DNA of 64,000 nt, taken from a virus. Its lineage: Duplodnaviria; Caudoviricetes. The notes below the pieces were generated by a model that was not told the origin of the DNA, made no database searches, and saw only the letters and a program-made list of their open reading frames with translations. The position numbers were made by a program, and so were the translations under genes. Where the stretch lies: IMG/VR virus record IMGVR_UViG_3300031998_000011, positions 64,001-128,000 of that record; one strand, given 5' to 3'. Positions 45,959-54,941 of this stretch are shown one piece after another (within the stretch, counting starts at the first letter, position 1; the number at the start of each line of letters is the position of its first letter).

Positions 45959-46690
45959 ATGAACATACAGACAGTACAGCAGGCGCTGTTCAAATATGCT
46001 TCCATGTCTTCTGACGAGCGCAGGCTGCGCCGTCTGGCCCGGCCGTTCTACCCGGCCGTCGGACGCCGTTCCTGGGAACATGTCAACCAGGTGAAGCAGA
46101 ACGCCGAGATGATGACCCAGGGCCTGGAACACCGGCCGCTGACTCTGCAGGAGAAGGCTGCCATCTATTTCCACGACTGCGCCATCAGACAGCGCGGTAC
46201 AGGCAAGGAGCACGGCAAGTATGGCAGGGAGACGGCCATTCCGCTGTTGCTGTCTACCGGTATCTTCAACGACAAGCAGCTGAAAGAGATCGGGCAGGCC
46301 ATCCTGGAGCACGACACGCTGAATGCCACCGGGCGGAAGTTCTCCAACAGGACCGGCGAGGTTCTGGCATCTGGTGATGCAAACACGCCGGATCTGCCGT
46401 GGCTGCTGAACAAGTTCTACAACTGGCAGCTCCAGAACAATCCGGACAAGAACACGTGGCCGGCGGACATCTACGAGACGGCTATCGAAGAGTTCGGCAA
46501 CAAGTCCACGGAGAAGTTCCCGGCGCTGTACAACAAGTTCCACGGGGACCGTGTTCAGAAGTTGCGCGACCAGATCGACAGCATGTCACAGGATGACATG
46601 TGGAACATGGTGCAGAAGTACCGCCGGAAGCACCGTTTTGACGAGCTGGATGAGCGGTTGGGCAAGCCACCGATGTTCCAGCCGGTGTAA
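45959..46690 (+). CDS. HD-domain phosphohydrolase with MNxxTVQ...KxA leader
   Basis: H...AAIYFHDC...EHG...AILEHD...GD pattern. Confidence 0.75.
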   Translation: MNIQTVQQALFKYASMSSDERRLRRLARPFYPAVGRRSWEHVNQVKQNAEMMTQGLEHRPLTLQEKAAIYFHDCAIRQRGTGKEHGKYGRETAIPLLLSTGIFNDKQLKEIGQAILEHDTLNATGRKFSNRTGEVLASGDANTPDLPWLLNKFYNWQLQNNPDKNTWPADIYETAIEEFGNKSTEKFPALYNKFHGDRVQKLRDQIDSMSQDDMWNMVQKYRRKHRFDELDERLGKPPMFQPV

Positions 46691-46777
46691 GGGTTAATTT
46701 CTGTTTCTGCAGTTTTGTTGCAGATTTCTGAATTAGTACTGCAAACTTTGTGCTGGTTGCCGCAAAGTTCTCAGTAG

Positions 46778-46800
46778 ATTTTCAACCTGAAGTTCAAAAT
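46778..46800. repeat. Dispersed pseudo-palindrome, copy 5
   Basis: ATTTTCAACCTGAAGTTCAAAAT. Confidence 0.75.
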
Positions 46801-46892
46801 CCTGTTCCCACATTTTCATAGGGACTTTTGGGGGCACTTTCGCCATTTTTCTTAGGCACTTTTGTAAGTGTCTATTTTTGTGTAGTTTATGG

Positions 46893-46921
46893 CTAAATTT
46901 TTGGGGTTTTTGAGGGATAAT
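46893..46921 (+). promoter_or_regulatory. Class-I promoter CTAAAT-N17-GATAAT
   Basis: Same geometry as sibling sites. Confidence 0.55.
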
Positions 46922-46969
46922 AGAATAGCAACTGTTACTCTCAACAAAACCCCGAAAGGAGAACTCATC

Positions 46970-47710
46970 ATGAAAGAGAACAGAACAAAAGTCATTCAGA
47001 TCGTTGGATTTGCGCACCCGCTTGACCGTACTGCGCAGCCTCGTGAGGTGTCATTTCCGGTTGTCGTTCCGGACAACGAAGGCGTCGATGACATGACGGA
47101 TCTTTTCAACATTGATCACGTCATGGACGATCTCGTTGTGGGAATGAAGTGGTCCTGGTTCAATATCAGCGACCGCAGATACCGCATGAGTGCTACGCGT
47201 GCCGCAGATCTCCGTGACTACGGGCATGTTCGCATCGACGGCTGGACGTTCGGTGTCGCGGCCGGTACATCCTCATATGGGGATAAGGAGGATTGGATCT
47301 CCTTTGATCTGGCCAAAGTCATGCCGGACGAGCGCGGTTATGCATGCTGCGGCCAGGTCATCTGGCCGAAGGACGCCTCGGTTGAACTTGCGGGACACAC
47401 CTGCAAACTCGACAAGCGTGGAGATGGATGGCTTCACGGAGTCCGTCCAAGAGAAGGCGACATCATAACTGTCAACTTCAACGGACGGACTGTACACGTA
47501 GTATTCCACATTGCTGCGCGGTGGAAATATGGGCAATGCGCAAACTGTAAGCACAGAGCGTGCTATCCGCCTGGTCGTGCTGACCATGAGCGAACGTTGT
47601 TCTACTGCGACAAGAATGTAGGCAGCGCCGACGCCGAAATCCCTGAATGGCAAACCGAAAAACCCTGCCGGTACAGAGAACCGCGCTGGGAAGAAGGAGG
47701 TCTTGAATGA
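46970..47710 (+). CDS. Hypothetical protein
   Basis: AAGGAG RBS; C-terminal Cys cluster. Confidence 0.7.
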   Translation: MKENRTKVIQIVGFAHPLDRTAQPREVSFPVVVPDNEGVDDMTDLFNIDHVMDDLVVGMKWSWFNISDRRYRMSATRAADLRDYGHVRIDGWTFGVAAGTSSYGDKEDWISFDLAKVMPDERGYACCGQVIWPKDASVELAGHTCKLDKRGDGWLHGVRPREGDIITVNFNGRTVHVVFHIAARWKYGQCANCKHRACYPPGRADHERTLFYCDKNVGSADAEIPEWQTEKPCRYREPRWEEGGLE

Positions 47711-47877
47711 CAAAGAAAGAGTACTTGCAAGAAAAGCTGGCGCGTGTCGAGCGAGACATCGCGGCGGTTAACTCGAATCCCAATCGTAGATTTCGGGATG
47801 ACGAGAGCCTCTGCTACGAGGCCCTCGCAATCCAGAAACAGATTGAGGAACTCGAAAAACAGGAGCAGGCCGACTGA
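47707..47877 (+). CDS. 56-aa helical protein (not in ORF track)
   Basis: AAGGAGG RBS; MTKKEYLQEKLARVERD. Confidence 0.6.
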   Translation: MTKKEYLQEKLARVERDIAAVNSNPNRRFRDDESLCYEALAIQKQIEELEKQEQAD

Positions 47878-47899
47878 GGCTACTCTAGAACCGCACAAC

Positions 47900-47937
47900 A
47901 GGGCCCGATGTAGTGGAGAAACATCGGGCTCTTTTTT
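47900..47937 (+). terminator. Intrinsic terminator
   Basis: AGGGCCCGATGT...ACATCGGGCTCT followed by T run. Confidence 0.75.
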
Positions 47938-47950
47938 AGCCTGTTTTGAG

Positions 47951-47980
47951 CTTAATTTGTGGGGGTTTTGTTGTTAGTAT
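47951..47980 (+). promoter_or_regulatory. Class-I promoter CTTAAT-N18-TAGTAT with extended TG
   Basis: Directly after terminator; TTTTGAGCTTAATTT context shared with 48835. Confidence 0.6.
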
Positions 47981-48081
47981 ACAATGGTACTGCTATTGCC
48001 ATGTCAGTGCTTCGAATTGTTCGACCACGTTGGCCGAGCAAGGATCGAAGTACAACTCCAAAACGAAAAGGAGTTTATCTT

Positions 48082-48612
48082 ATGAGCAGTCTCAACACCA
48101 CCCTCTCCGTCGCCTACACGACACTCCAGGAAATCGCTCCCGGATTCGATCCGCTGCGGGATCACCGCAACAGCGACACCGTTCTCGGCAGCAGCCGGTT
48201 CCGCGCTGGGATCATCAGCGTGGAGGACGTTCTCGCGCTGGTTGCCAACTCGGCTTTGTACGAGTTGGTTCCCGGCTTCGGCGGTGCTGTCGTTTTCGTC
48301 TTCGTGTCCGATGACGTGATCGGCAAGGCGACCTGCACGCAGGTGAAGGACGATGAGGACTACGAACTCCGTCTCTATCACGGCTGCCTCCAGCCCTTCG
48401 GGGATGTGGAAGAGGTCGGAGAAGAGACGCGCTTCTTCAGCGTCGTCTGCACGCCGGAGCAGACCAAGGACGGCCTGCGCTTCGCTCTTGCAAGTGCCTA
48501 TCCGGGCAAACCGGACAAGGTCACGGATGAGGACAGGAGCGGCCTGACTGAAGGTCAGCGTCTCAGCGCCGCCGAGGTCCGTCGTCGTGGCCTTCGCCCG
48601 AAACAGGCGTAA
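48082..48612 (+). CDS. Hypothetical protein
   Basis: AAGGAG RBS; 176 aa. Confidence 0.75.
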   Translation: MSSLNTTLSVAYTTLQEIAPGFDPLRDHRNSDTVLGSSRFRAGIISVEDVLALVANSALYELVPGFGGAVVFVFVSDDVIGKATCTQVKDDEDYELRLYHGCLQPFGDVEEVGEETRFFSVVCTPEQTKDGLRFALASAYPGKPDKVTDEDRSGLTEGQRLSAAEVRRRGLRPKQA

Positions 48613-48702
48613 GTCTGTCACGGCGCCGGCATGCCCATCCGGGGCAAAGGAAACACAGTACAAACTGAAAGGAGGAATCCCTGTGTTTTCTTTTAGTTTG
48701 TA

Positions 48703-48731
48703 CTTAATCCGTCCATGTGCGGGGGCATAAT
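48703..48731 (+). promoter_or_regulatory. Class-I promoter CTTAAT-N17-CATAAT
   Basis: Consensus match with GGG before the -10. Confidence 0.6.
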
Positions 48732-48834
48732 AGCCTGGCAACGATTATTTACTTATAGCTAACTTGAAATTTTTTAGGCTGTAGTTACCCATTTCCAGCC
48801 TTCTGCGCAGCGCCCGTTTTGGCCTCGTTTTGAG

Positions 48835-48863
48835 CTTAATTTTGGGGCTTTTTCTGTTATGAT
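48835..48863 (+). promoter_or_regulatory. Class-I promoter CTTAAT-N17-TATGAT with extended TG
   Basis: Consensus match upstream of ORF 48908. Confidence 0.6.
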
Positions 48864-48907
48864 ACACTGAGGCTGAAACCATTAACTTTAACCATAAGGA
48901 GACAACT

Positions 48908-49393
48908 ATGGACAAGTACCAAGAAAACGACCTCAAAAGCATGCTCACCAACATGTGCCCCGCTGATGTGAAAGACTATGTCTGGGACCGTGCTATTGAC
49001 AACGTCATCACGGCTGCTGACTATGCGAGACAGGCTCGTTTCGCGGAGTCAACTGCGCTTACGCAGTTATACACGGATTTCGCATCCGACCGTCTGATGA
49101 CTGTTATCAAGCTCGTTGGACAGGAGCAGGGTGATGTGCTCACTCGCGCTGTTGATCGCTTTGAAGACCAGCTCAACCAGTATGAGCCGGACAGAGAAAC
49201 GGCAGATCGCGAGGAGCAGAGCAGCGTTGTTGTGCGTGACTATGACGGCTACGACGTACAGGAAGAAGTGCATACCACGATCTTCGTTCTGAAGAAGCCG
49301 TGGCGTGCATTCCGCGCTGGTCAGCGCATCCGCTACAAAGACGGCTGCAAAGCCGTAGGTGGTTATGTCAGCGGCCATTGGGTCCTGGTGTAA
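48908..49393 (+). CDS. Hypothetical protein
   Basis: AAGGAG RBS; 161 aa. Confidence 0.75.
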   Translation: MDKYQENDLKSMLTNMCPADVKDYVWDRAIDNVITAADYARQARFAESTALTQLYTDFASDRLMTVIKLVGQEQGDVLTRAVDRFEDQLNQYEPDRETADREEQSSVVVRDYDGYDVQEEVHTTIFVLKKPWRAFRAGQRIRYKDGCKAVGGYVSGHWVLV

Positions 49394-49403
49394 GCCGCGA
49401 GAA

Positions 49404-49445
49404 GAGAACAAAGGGTAGCAGAAAGGAGCCCCTTTGTTTTCTTTT
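49404..49445 (+). terminator. Terminator-like hairpin with SD-like loop
   Basis: AACAAAGGG-tagcagaaaggagc-CCCTTTGTT then TTCTTTT. Confidence 0.55.
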
Positions 49446-49455
49446 ACAATCTACC

Positions 49456-49484
49456 TGAAATCACCCATGTGTTGCGGGCATAAT
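49456..49484 (+). promoter_or_regulatory. Class-I promoter TGAAAT-N17-CATAAT
   Basis: GCGGGCATAAT core. Confidence 0.55.
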
Positions 49485-49565
49485 CATATGAGAGCTCTTA
49501 CGCTGCAACCAGTGCATTCGGCACTGACCAGCAACAAGCGTACCTAACCTATAGGAGGCACGATT

Positions 49566-51137
49566 ATGAGCATCACAAAAGAAGACATCGGGGAACTCCG
49601 GAACGCCCTGATAGTCCTCAACGGGGTCGTCCTGCGGCTGCTGGACAAGCTGCCCGACGACCAGGAACCCAGTAACACAAACAAGCGAGACTTCCGCGAG
49701 GAACTGGACAGGCTGTTCCATAGCTACTCGACGGGCGACATGGGCATCGCTGACAGCAAAGCGCCAGAGCCGCTGCATGGTTCTGCGTTCGTCGAGAATC
49801 TGCAGAGGAAGTCAGACAACATGGACGCTCTTCGCGAAGCCAAACAGAATCGCATGGTTCGTTCGCCTGTCACCAGCAACACGCCAGGCTGCGAGTGGTC
49901 CGGCAATAAGAATCAGGTACGCATCCACGGCCCTATCAAGGACGGCATCCTGGAAGGCGACGAGTTCATCGTCACGGAGTCCGGCAGTCTCAGCAACTGC
50001 ATAATCAAGACGGGCGGCGTCGTACATAACGCCAGCATCACCAACTGCCAGCTGGCTATGGGCAGTGTCACGGTGCTCGGCTCCAAGGCTGTCATGTCGG
50101 ACTGCTGTATCAACTCCGGCGGCAAGCTGCAGATCTGGTCCAGTGGCGCGTCTGCAGTTCGCACCACGGTCTACGGCGGAGGCTACTTCATGGTAGCCCA
50201 CGGCGCCGAGGCTGACTTCGTGGACATCAAGGGCGGCGGCAGCGTCTGCGTTTCGGATACCGGTTGTCTGACCAGTGCCGTTGTGTCTTCCGGCGGCAAC
50301 CTGTTCGTTATCAGTGCAGGCAAGACAGTCCAGCACATCAACGTACTCAAGTACGGCAAGGCGCATGTCGGCAACTGCACGGTCGGTGCCCTGAACGGTT
50401 ATGGGGTTGGTAACAAGCTGACAGTCGGTTCCGGCGCCACGGTGTGCCATATGGCCTGTAACGACGGCGACGTACAGGTGTTGGGTAAAGTACAGAACTG
50501 CAATCTGCAGAACGCCAACCTGGAGATATTCAGGGATGCCCATGTGTACTCGGCGCTGGCTGACAGCGGCGCACATATCGGCATAGGCTGGAATGCCAGT
50601 GCCTGGCGCTGCAGTGTGAGAACCGGCGCGAAGATCTATGTCGGCACATCAGGTTCGCTGACCGAGCTGGCTGCCACAGACGCGAACACGTCTGTCTATG
50701 TGTCCGCCGGCGGTTACATCAACGGTGGTCGCCTCGGTGAAAAGGCGTCCTGTAATAACCAGGGACACATCAACTCCATTGATGTTTCCGGCTACGGAAC
50801 CAAGATGACAGTCTCGTCCGGTGGCACGGTCAACATCACCAGGGTCTACCAGAGTGGCTTTGTCGAAGTGCAGGAAGGCGCCGGCATGAACGCCATCGAC
50901 GTCTTCGACGGTGACATCGTTGTGTCCTCCGGCGGCAGCGTTGCGGAGGTCACGCTCAGGGATGGCTGGCTGCGTGTGATGCCCGGCGCTGTGGTCAGTA
51001 AGTGCATCCAGAGCGGTGGCACCATCATCGTCAGCTCCGGAGGGATCTGCAAGGTGGACAATCGTGGCAGCGGCTCCATCGAGACAGTCAGGGGCGGCTA
51101 CAGCTATGTTATGCACACAAAGGAGAACGACGAATGA
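49566..51137 (+). CDS. AIDA-like 'SGG' repeat beta-helix protein with helical N-terminus
   Basis: Many V/I-x-S-G-G repeats; no signal peptide or beta-barrel. Confidence 0.8.
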   Translation: MSITKEDIGELRNALIVLNGVVLRLLDKLPDDQEPSNTNKRDFREELDRLFHSYSTGDMGIADSKAPEPLHGSAFVENLQRKSDNMDALREAKQNRMVRSPVTSNTPGCEWSGNKNQVRIHGPIKDGILEGDEFIVTESGSLSNCIIKTGGVVHNASITNCQLAMGSVTVLGSKAVMSDCCINSGGKLQIWSSGASAVRTTVYGGGYFMVAHGAEADFVDIKGGGSVCVSDTGCLTSAVVSSGGNLFVISAGKTVQHINVLKYGKAHVGNCTVGALNGYGVGNKLTVGSGATVCHMACNDGDVQVLGKVQNCNLQNANLEIFRDAHVYSALADSGAHIGIGWNASAWRCSVRTGAKIYVGTSGSLTELAATDANTSVYVSAGGYINGGRLGEKASCNNQGHINSIDVSGYGTKMTVSSGGTVNITRVYQSGFVEVQEGAGMNAIDVFDGDIVVSSGGSVAEVTLRDGWLRVMPGAVVSKCIQSGGTIIVSSGGICKVDNRGSGSIETVRGGYSYVMHTKENDE

Positions 51138-52195
51138 AACTCACAGCAGATCTCATCCGTGAAAGCATCGAGTTCGGGCACTGCACCACTGAAGAGCTTG
51201 CGAAGCTCCAGGTGTTCTTCTCCGATATGTGCAGCCTCATCGACAAGATCATTGATACCAGGGCTGGCTGGGACAAGGCTCTGCAGGAAGACAAGAACGA
51301 GCATATGCAGGAGACCTACCAGGAAGGTGACAAGATCATTGAGATGGTGAATGCCATTCCGATTGGCAGTGTACTCATGCCGCACATTCACGGTGTGACC
51401 AAGAACGGCCACGGCTCCTACATGCTGCACTGCAGTTATCACAACTGGACACTCAAAGGTACAGACTATTGTATGCCGACGTGGTTCCACGGTGCTGAGA
51501 ACAATGTCGTGATTGACAGCTGCAACATCAAGAATGCCGTACTTGATCTGGCCCGGCCTGGAAATGAAGCAAGGAATTGCACCGTCTGCAGAGACGGCGA
51601 ACTGATCATCCAGATGAAGGCCAGAGCGAAGGACACCTGTGTCAACAGCGCAGGTCAGATGACCGTGCGCAGCGGCGGCGTTGCTGACCACACCACTGTG
51701 TGCAGCGGTGCCAAGCTCACTGTCAGCAGCGGTGGCATGATTATGAACACGTCTATCTACAATGGCGCCACAGTTGTGGTGCATGAGAAAGGTGCTGTTC
51801 TGAATGCTTCATTGAACGGCAATCTGCATGTCACAAATGCGACCGTTCGTGGAGTCAGTGTTCTGAGCGGTCGCATATACGTCAACAGAAAGGCATCTGT
51901 CGAGCAGACCTATATCGGCTCAGCTGGCTTCATGACTATCAGCTCCGACGGTGTGGCAAGAGACACATCCGTCGATATGGGGCATGCTACTTGTGAAGTC
52001 AGCTCTGGCGGTCGTGTTGAGACCATGCGCCTGGATTCCGGTGCGACTCTGATAATCTCGTCTGGAGCTGTTGCGGACGAGGTAGAGATCATGTCCGGGG
52101 CCAGTGTCATCGTGCATTCCTGCGGCACTCTGCAGAACATGCATACGCATCAGGGATCGAAACTGTACGTCAACTTCGGCGGCGTTGTCAAATGA
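51134..52195 (+). CDS. AIDA-like 'SGG' repeat beta-helix protein
   Basis: VRSGGVA, VSSGGMI, VSSGGRV, ISSGAVA; AAGGAG RBS. Confidence 0.8.
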   Translation: MKLTADLIRESIEFGHCTTEELAKLQVFFSDMCSLIDKIIDTRAGWDKALQEDKNEHMQETYQEGDKIIEMVNAIPIGSVLMPHIHGVTKNGHGSYMLHCSYHNWTLKGTDYCMPTWFHGAENNVVIDSCNIKNAVLDLARPGNEARNCTVCRDGELIIQMKARAKDTCVNSAGQMTVRSGGVADHTTVCSGAKLTVSSGGMIMNTSIYNGATVVVHEKGAVLNASLNGNLHVTNATVRGVSVLSGRIYVNRKASVEQTYIGSAGFMTISSDGVARDTSVDMGHATCEVSSGGRVETMRLDSGATLIISSGAVADEVEIMSGASVIVHSCGTLQNMHTHQGSKLYVNFGGVVK

Positions 52196-52200
52196 ACCTT

Positions 52201-52235
52201 GCGAGGGCTCCGAAAGGGGCTCTCGCTTTTCTTTT
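52201..52235 (+). terminator. Intrinsic terminator
   Basis: GCGAGGGCTCC-gaaa-GGGGCTCTCGC-TTTTCTTTT. Confidence 0.8.
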
Positions 52236-52243
52236 AGAATGGC

Positions 52244-52272
52244 CTTAATTTGAGCTGGTTTTCGGGCATACT
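52244..52272 (+). promoter_or_regulatory. Class-I promoter CTTAAT-N17-CATACT
   Basis: Consensus match directly after terminator. Confidence 0.6.
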
Positions 52273-52369
52273 AAGATGAAGCGGTTATCGCATAGGACCG
52301 ACTTCTGCGGGCTGCTGTGTCACGGTGATACAGGGCTGAAGAAACCTCCAAAAAGAAAGGAGATAAACT

Positions 52370-52804
52370 ATGAAAGTTATCACTACTTACCAGTTCGATT
52401 TCATGTTTGATTTTGACAAGAACTTTGTTTTTCTCGAAGACATCGCTACGGCTATTCAGAATGATGCCAGCTTGAAGAGGGCTGTCGAAATTTACAAAAT
52501 GGACGGTAAACCTGAAGAACATTTTTCGTGGTTCCCTGTGAAATATAAGGCTGCAGAGCGCAAAGCAGCCAAAGATAACGATATAGAACTTCCGGCATGG
52601 ATTCCTCTCTATTATGAGGAAAATTCCTATGACGATAAGTGGTCTGATATCGACTTCTTCCAAGGGAATGTTCGGGTTGCTCTTCATTGGCCATTCGGTG
52701 ATGACATAAGCTACCGCGTGACAGGTCAAGATAACATGGCCCGTGAAGCCTGGAGCGAATGTCAAGCACTGTGGCGTGAGCAACAGAAAAAGAAAACGGC
52801 ATGA
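52370..52804 (+). CDS. Hypothetical protein
   Basis: AGAAAGGAG RBS; 144 aa. Confidence 0.75.
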   Translation: MKVITTYQFDFMFDFDKNFVFLEDIATAIQNDASLKRAVEIYKMDGKPEEHFSWFPVKYKAAERKAAKDNDIELPAWIPLYYEENSYDDKWSDIDFFQGNVRVALHWPFGDDISYRVTGQDNMAREAWSECQALWREQQKKKTA

Positions 52805-52812
52805 AAAGATTC

Positions 52813-52849
52813 GACTGGTAGCCTTCCGGGGCGACCAGTCTTTTCTTTT
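52813..52849 (+). terminator. Intrinsic terminator
   Basis: GACTGGTAGCC...GGCGACCAGTC-TTTTCTTTT. Confidence 0.7.
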
Positions 52850-52857
52850 AGAATGTA

Positions 52858-52887
52858 CCTAATGCAGGCGCGTTTTGAGGGCATAAT
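52858..52887 (+). promoter_or_regulatory. Class-I promoter CCTAAT-N18-CATAAT
   Basis: GAGGGCATAAT core. Confidence 0.6.
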
Positions 52888-52979
52888 CTACTGAGGCGCA
52901 ATAACCAACAGTGCAGAAGCAGCGAATGGGTCGCTGTCTTCATATGTACACAACCGCGTCTCAGAAAGGATGGCCTCTA

Positions 52980-53318
52980 ATGGAGGAAATCACAAAGTAC
53001 AAAAAGCCGAGAAACGAGGTAATGGCGCAGGCTCTCAGCGTCATGCTGAAAGTGCAGGAACTCCTGCAGTCGCACATCAGGTGGTTCGAGTCCATGCGGC
53101 CCGACCAGCCTGTGGCCGGCGCACTCGTCAACCTGTCGAAGCAGATCCGCGCTGCGGACGAAGAGAAAGACCCGGAGCACTCCATCATCGGAGGTTCGTT
53201 CTATTTCTTCGTGACGCGGAAGTGCCCGCACACGGCGCAGTCCGCGAGCCTCGCCCTGGCTGAGAAGTTGTTCGACGTGAACTGCGGTATCGAGCAGCTC
53301 AAGTCCCAGCTGATCTGA
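52980..53318 (+). CDS. Hypothetical protein
   Basis: GAAAGGA RBS. Confidence 0.65.
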   Translation: MEEITKYKKPRNEVMAQALSVMLKVQELLQSHIRWFESMRPDQPVAGALVNLSKQIRAADEEKDPEHSIIGGSFYFFVTRKCPHTAQSASLALAEKLFDVNCGIEQLKSQLI

Positions 53319-53325
53319 GGTGCCT

Positions 53326-53700
53326 ATGAAAGAAGAAACAAGACAGGCACTGTCGGATCTCAGCCGGCAGGTTGAGAAGCTCCAGAACACGATGATCGTC
53401 ATGATGCGCTTCATGCGGGTCCTGTATGATCACACGAGGGCCGACATCTATCTCACAAGCGACAATGTGCACGACAAGATGTTCGGTGATGTCTGCGACA
53501 CTGACTGCAAGTACGCGGACAAGGCGTTCCTGGAGTGGCTCAGGCACGAGGCTGTGTATGACATCGACAGTGACGTCGTGCGCCCCTTCCTGACTATCGA
53601 CCAGGAGCTCTACGGTCTCGACGGCGACAAGACCAAAGACTATAAGGACACCGTGTACAAAGACGGTGCATTCATCGCCGATCTCATGAACTTCAACTGA
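53326..53700 (+). CDS. Hypothetical protein
   Basis: GAGG RBS. Confidence 0.65.
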   Translation: MKEETRQALSDLSRQVEKLQNTMIVMMRFMRVLYDHTRADIYLTSDNVHDKMFGDVCDTDCKYADKAFLEWLRHEAVYDIDSDVVRPFLTIDQELYGLDGDKTKDYKDTVYKDGAFIADLMNFN

Positions 53701-53712
53701 AAGGAAAACAAA

Positions 53713-54135
53713 ATGGACGACAACAAGAAAATCAATATCAACCCTGCCATGCGCGAACAGCTGGATGCCGCGAGGAAACTGCTCGATTCTGATCCGGAAC
53801 TGAATGAAGCCTTCGAGCTCTTCAAGTTCAAGCAGGATATCGCCGCCATCATCGAGCGCTGCGTGAAGTATCAGGACATCATCGTCGCGCTGAACAAGGT
53901 GGACGCTCTGAAGACGCACCCGCAGGTCATGGTCGAGTACGCGAACAGGGGCGAGGAAGCCAACGCCGAGTTCCACAAGCGTGTCGAAGAAGCGCATGAC
54001 AGCGGCGTTCTCGACGACAAACACTACGAGGAACTGAATACGATGTACCAGGTTTTCCAGGTCGGAATCATGCTCATCAAACTGTTTGACAAGAAGGAGT
54101 CTGACGATGGATCTGAAGACAAAGATCAGAACTGA
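53713..54135 (+). CDS. Hypothetical helical protein
   Basis: AAGGA RBS. Confidence 0.65.
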   Translation: MDDNKKININPAMREQLDAARKLLDSDPELNEAFELFKFKQDIAAIIERCVKYQDIIVALNKVDALKTHPQVMVEYANRGEEANAEFHKRVEEAHDSGVLDDKHYEELNTMYQVFQVGIMLIKLFDKKESDDGSEDKDQN

Positions 54136-54430
54136 ACTGGAGAAGGCTCACTGCGCCGCCCTGAAAACGGGCGGCACGGTGGATTCCGCCGCAGCCGACG
54201 TCATCGCGGCCGGCTGCATCTTCAAGCATGTTACTGGCGCGGACTTCAGCAAGTCCATACAGTGGCAGCGTAACAATGACAACGCCGTCACTGGCGGCGT
54301 GCTGTATATCAAGGGCATCAAGATCTGCATCGGCGGGTCCAGTAAAAAGACGATCACCAGGGAGCTGGCGTTTCATGTTCACAAGCTGCTGCCCTACTTC
54401 ATCGGAGAGGAGCTTGTGGCAAATGGCTAA
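54107..54430 (+). CDS. Hypothetical protein
   Basis: AAGGAG RBS. Confidence 0.6.
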   Translation: MDLKTKIRTELEKAHCAALKTGGTVDSAAADVIAAGCIFKHVTGADFSKSIQWQRNNDNAVTGGVLYIKGIKICIGGSSKKTITRELAFHVHKLLPYFIGEELVANG

Positions 54431-54941
54431 TTGCTGCGACATTTCGATTCATATCGTGATTCCGGACAAGGAACAGGCGCAGGCTTGTTACCAGTGGCTG
54501 GAAGATGCCCGTGTGGAGGCTGACAAGAAAGGCGAAGGCTTCCAGCTCGGAAACGCCAAGCAGTGGGTGTTCGACAGCGACGTCGAGATTGACAGCCACG
54601 ACGTGTCCATCTATGGTTGGATCAAGTGGGGCTGGGACGACGACGTTCCGGAGGACTTCGTGAAGACTATGCTGGACAAAGGCTGGAACATCGCGGAAGT
54701 CAACTGTGAGTTCCATGAGTCGGCCTGTCTGTATCATGGTGATTGGCACTACACAGGAGACACAGGTGTCCTGGAGGCACGTGTTCTGGATCAGGCGTAC
54801 ATGATGAAGTTCTACGAAGGGCTCACCGACGAGGATATCGACGCAGACGATCACTACGACAAACTGCTGGCATACGTCGAAGCCGCGCCTGACGACCAGT
54901 TCGAAACATGGACAACACAAATCAAAGAGGTGTCTGAGTGA
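54423..54941 (+). CDS. YubB/DUF1281-like ferredoxin-fold phage protein
   Basis: MANCC-x-I start, KW motif, FHES...YHG. Confidence 0.5.
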   Translation: MANCCDISIHIVIPDKEQAQACYQWLEDARVEADKKGEGFQLGNAKQWVFDSDVEIDSHDVSIYGWIKWGWDDDVPEDFVKTMLDKGWNIAEVNCEFHESACLYHGDWHYTGDTGVLEARVLDQAYMMKFYEGLTDEDIDADDHYDKLLAYVEAAPDDQFETWTTQIKEVSE

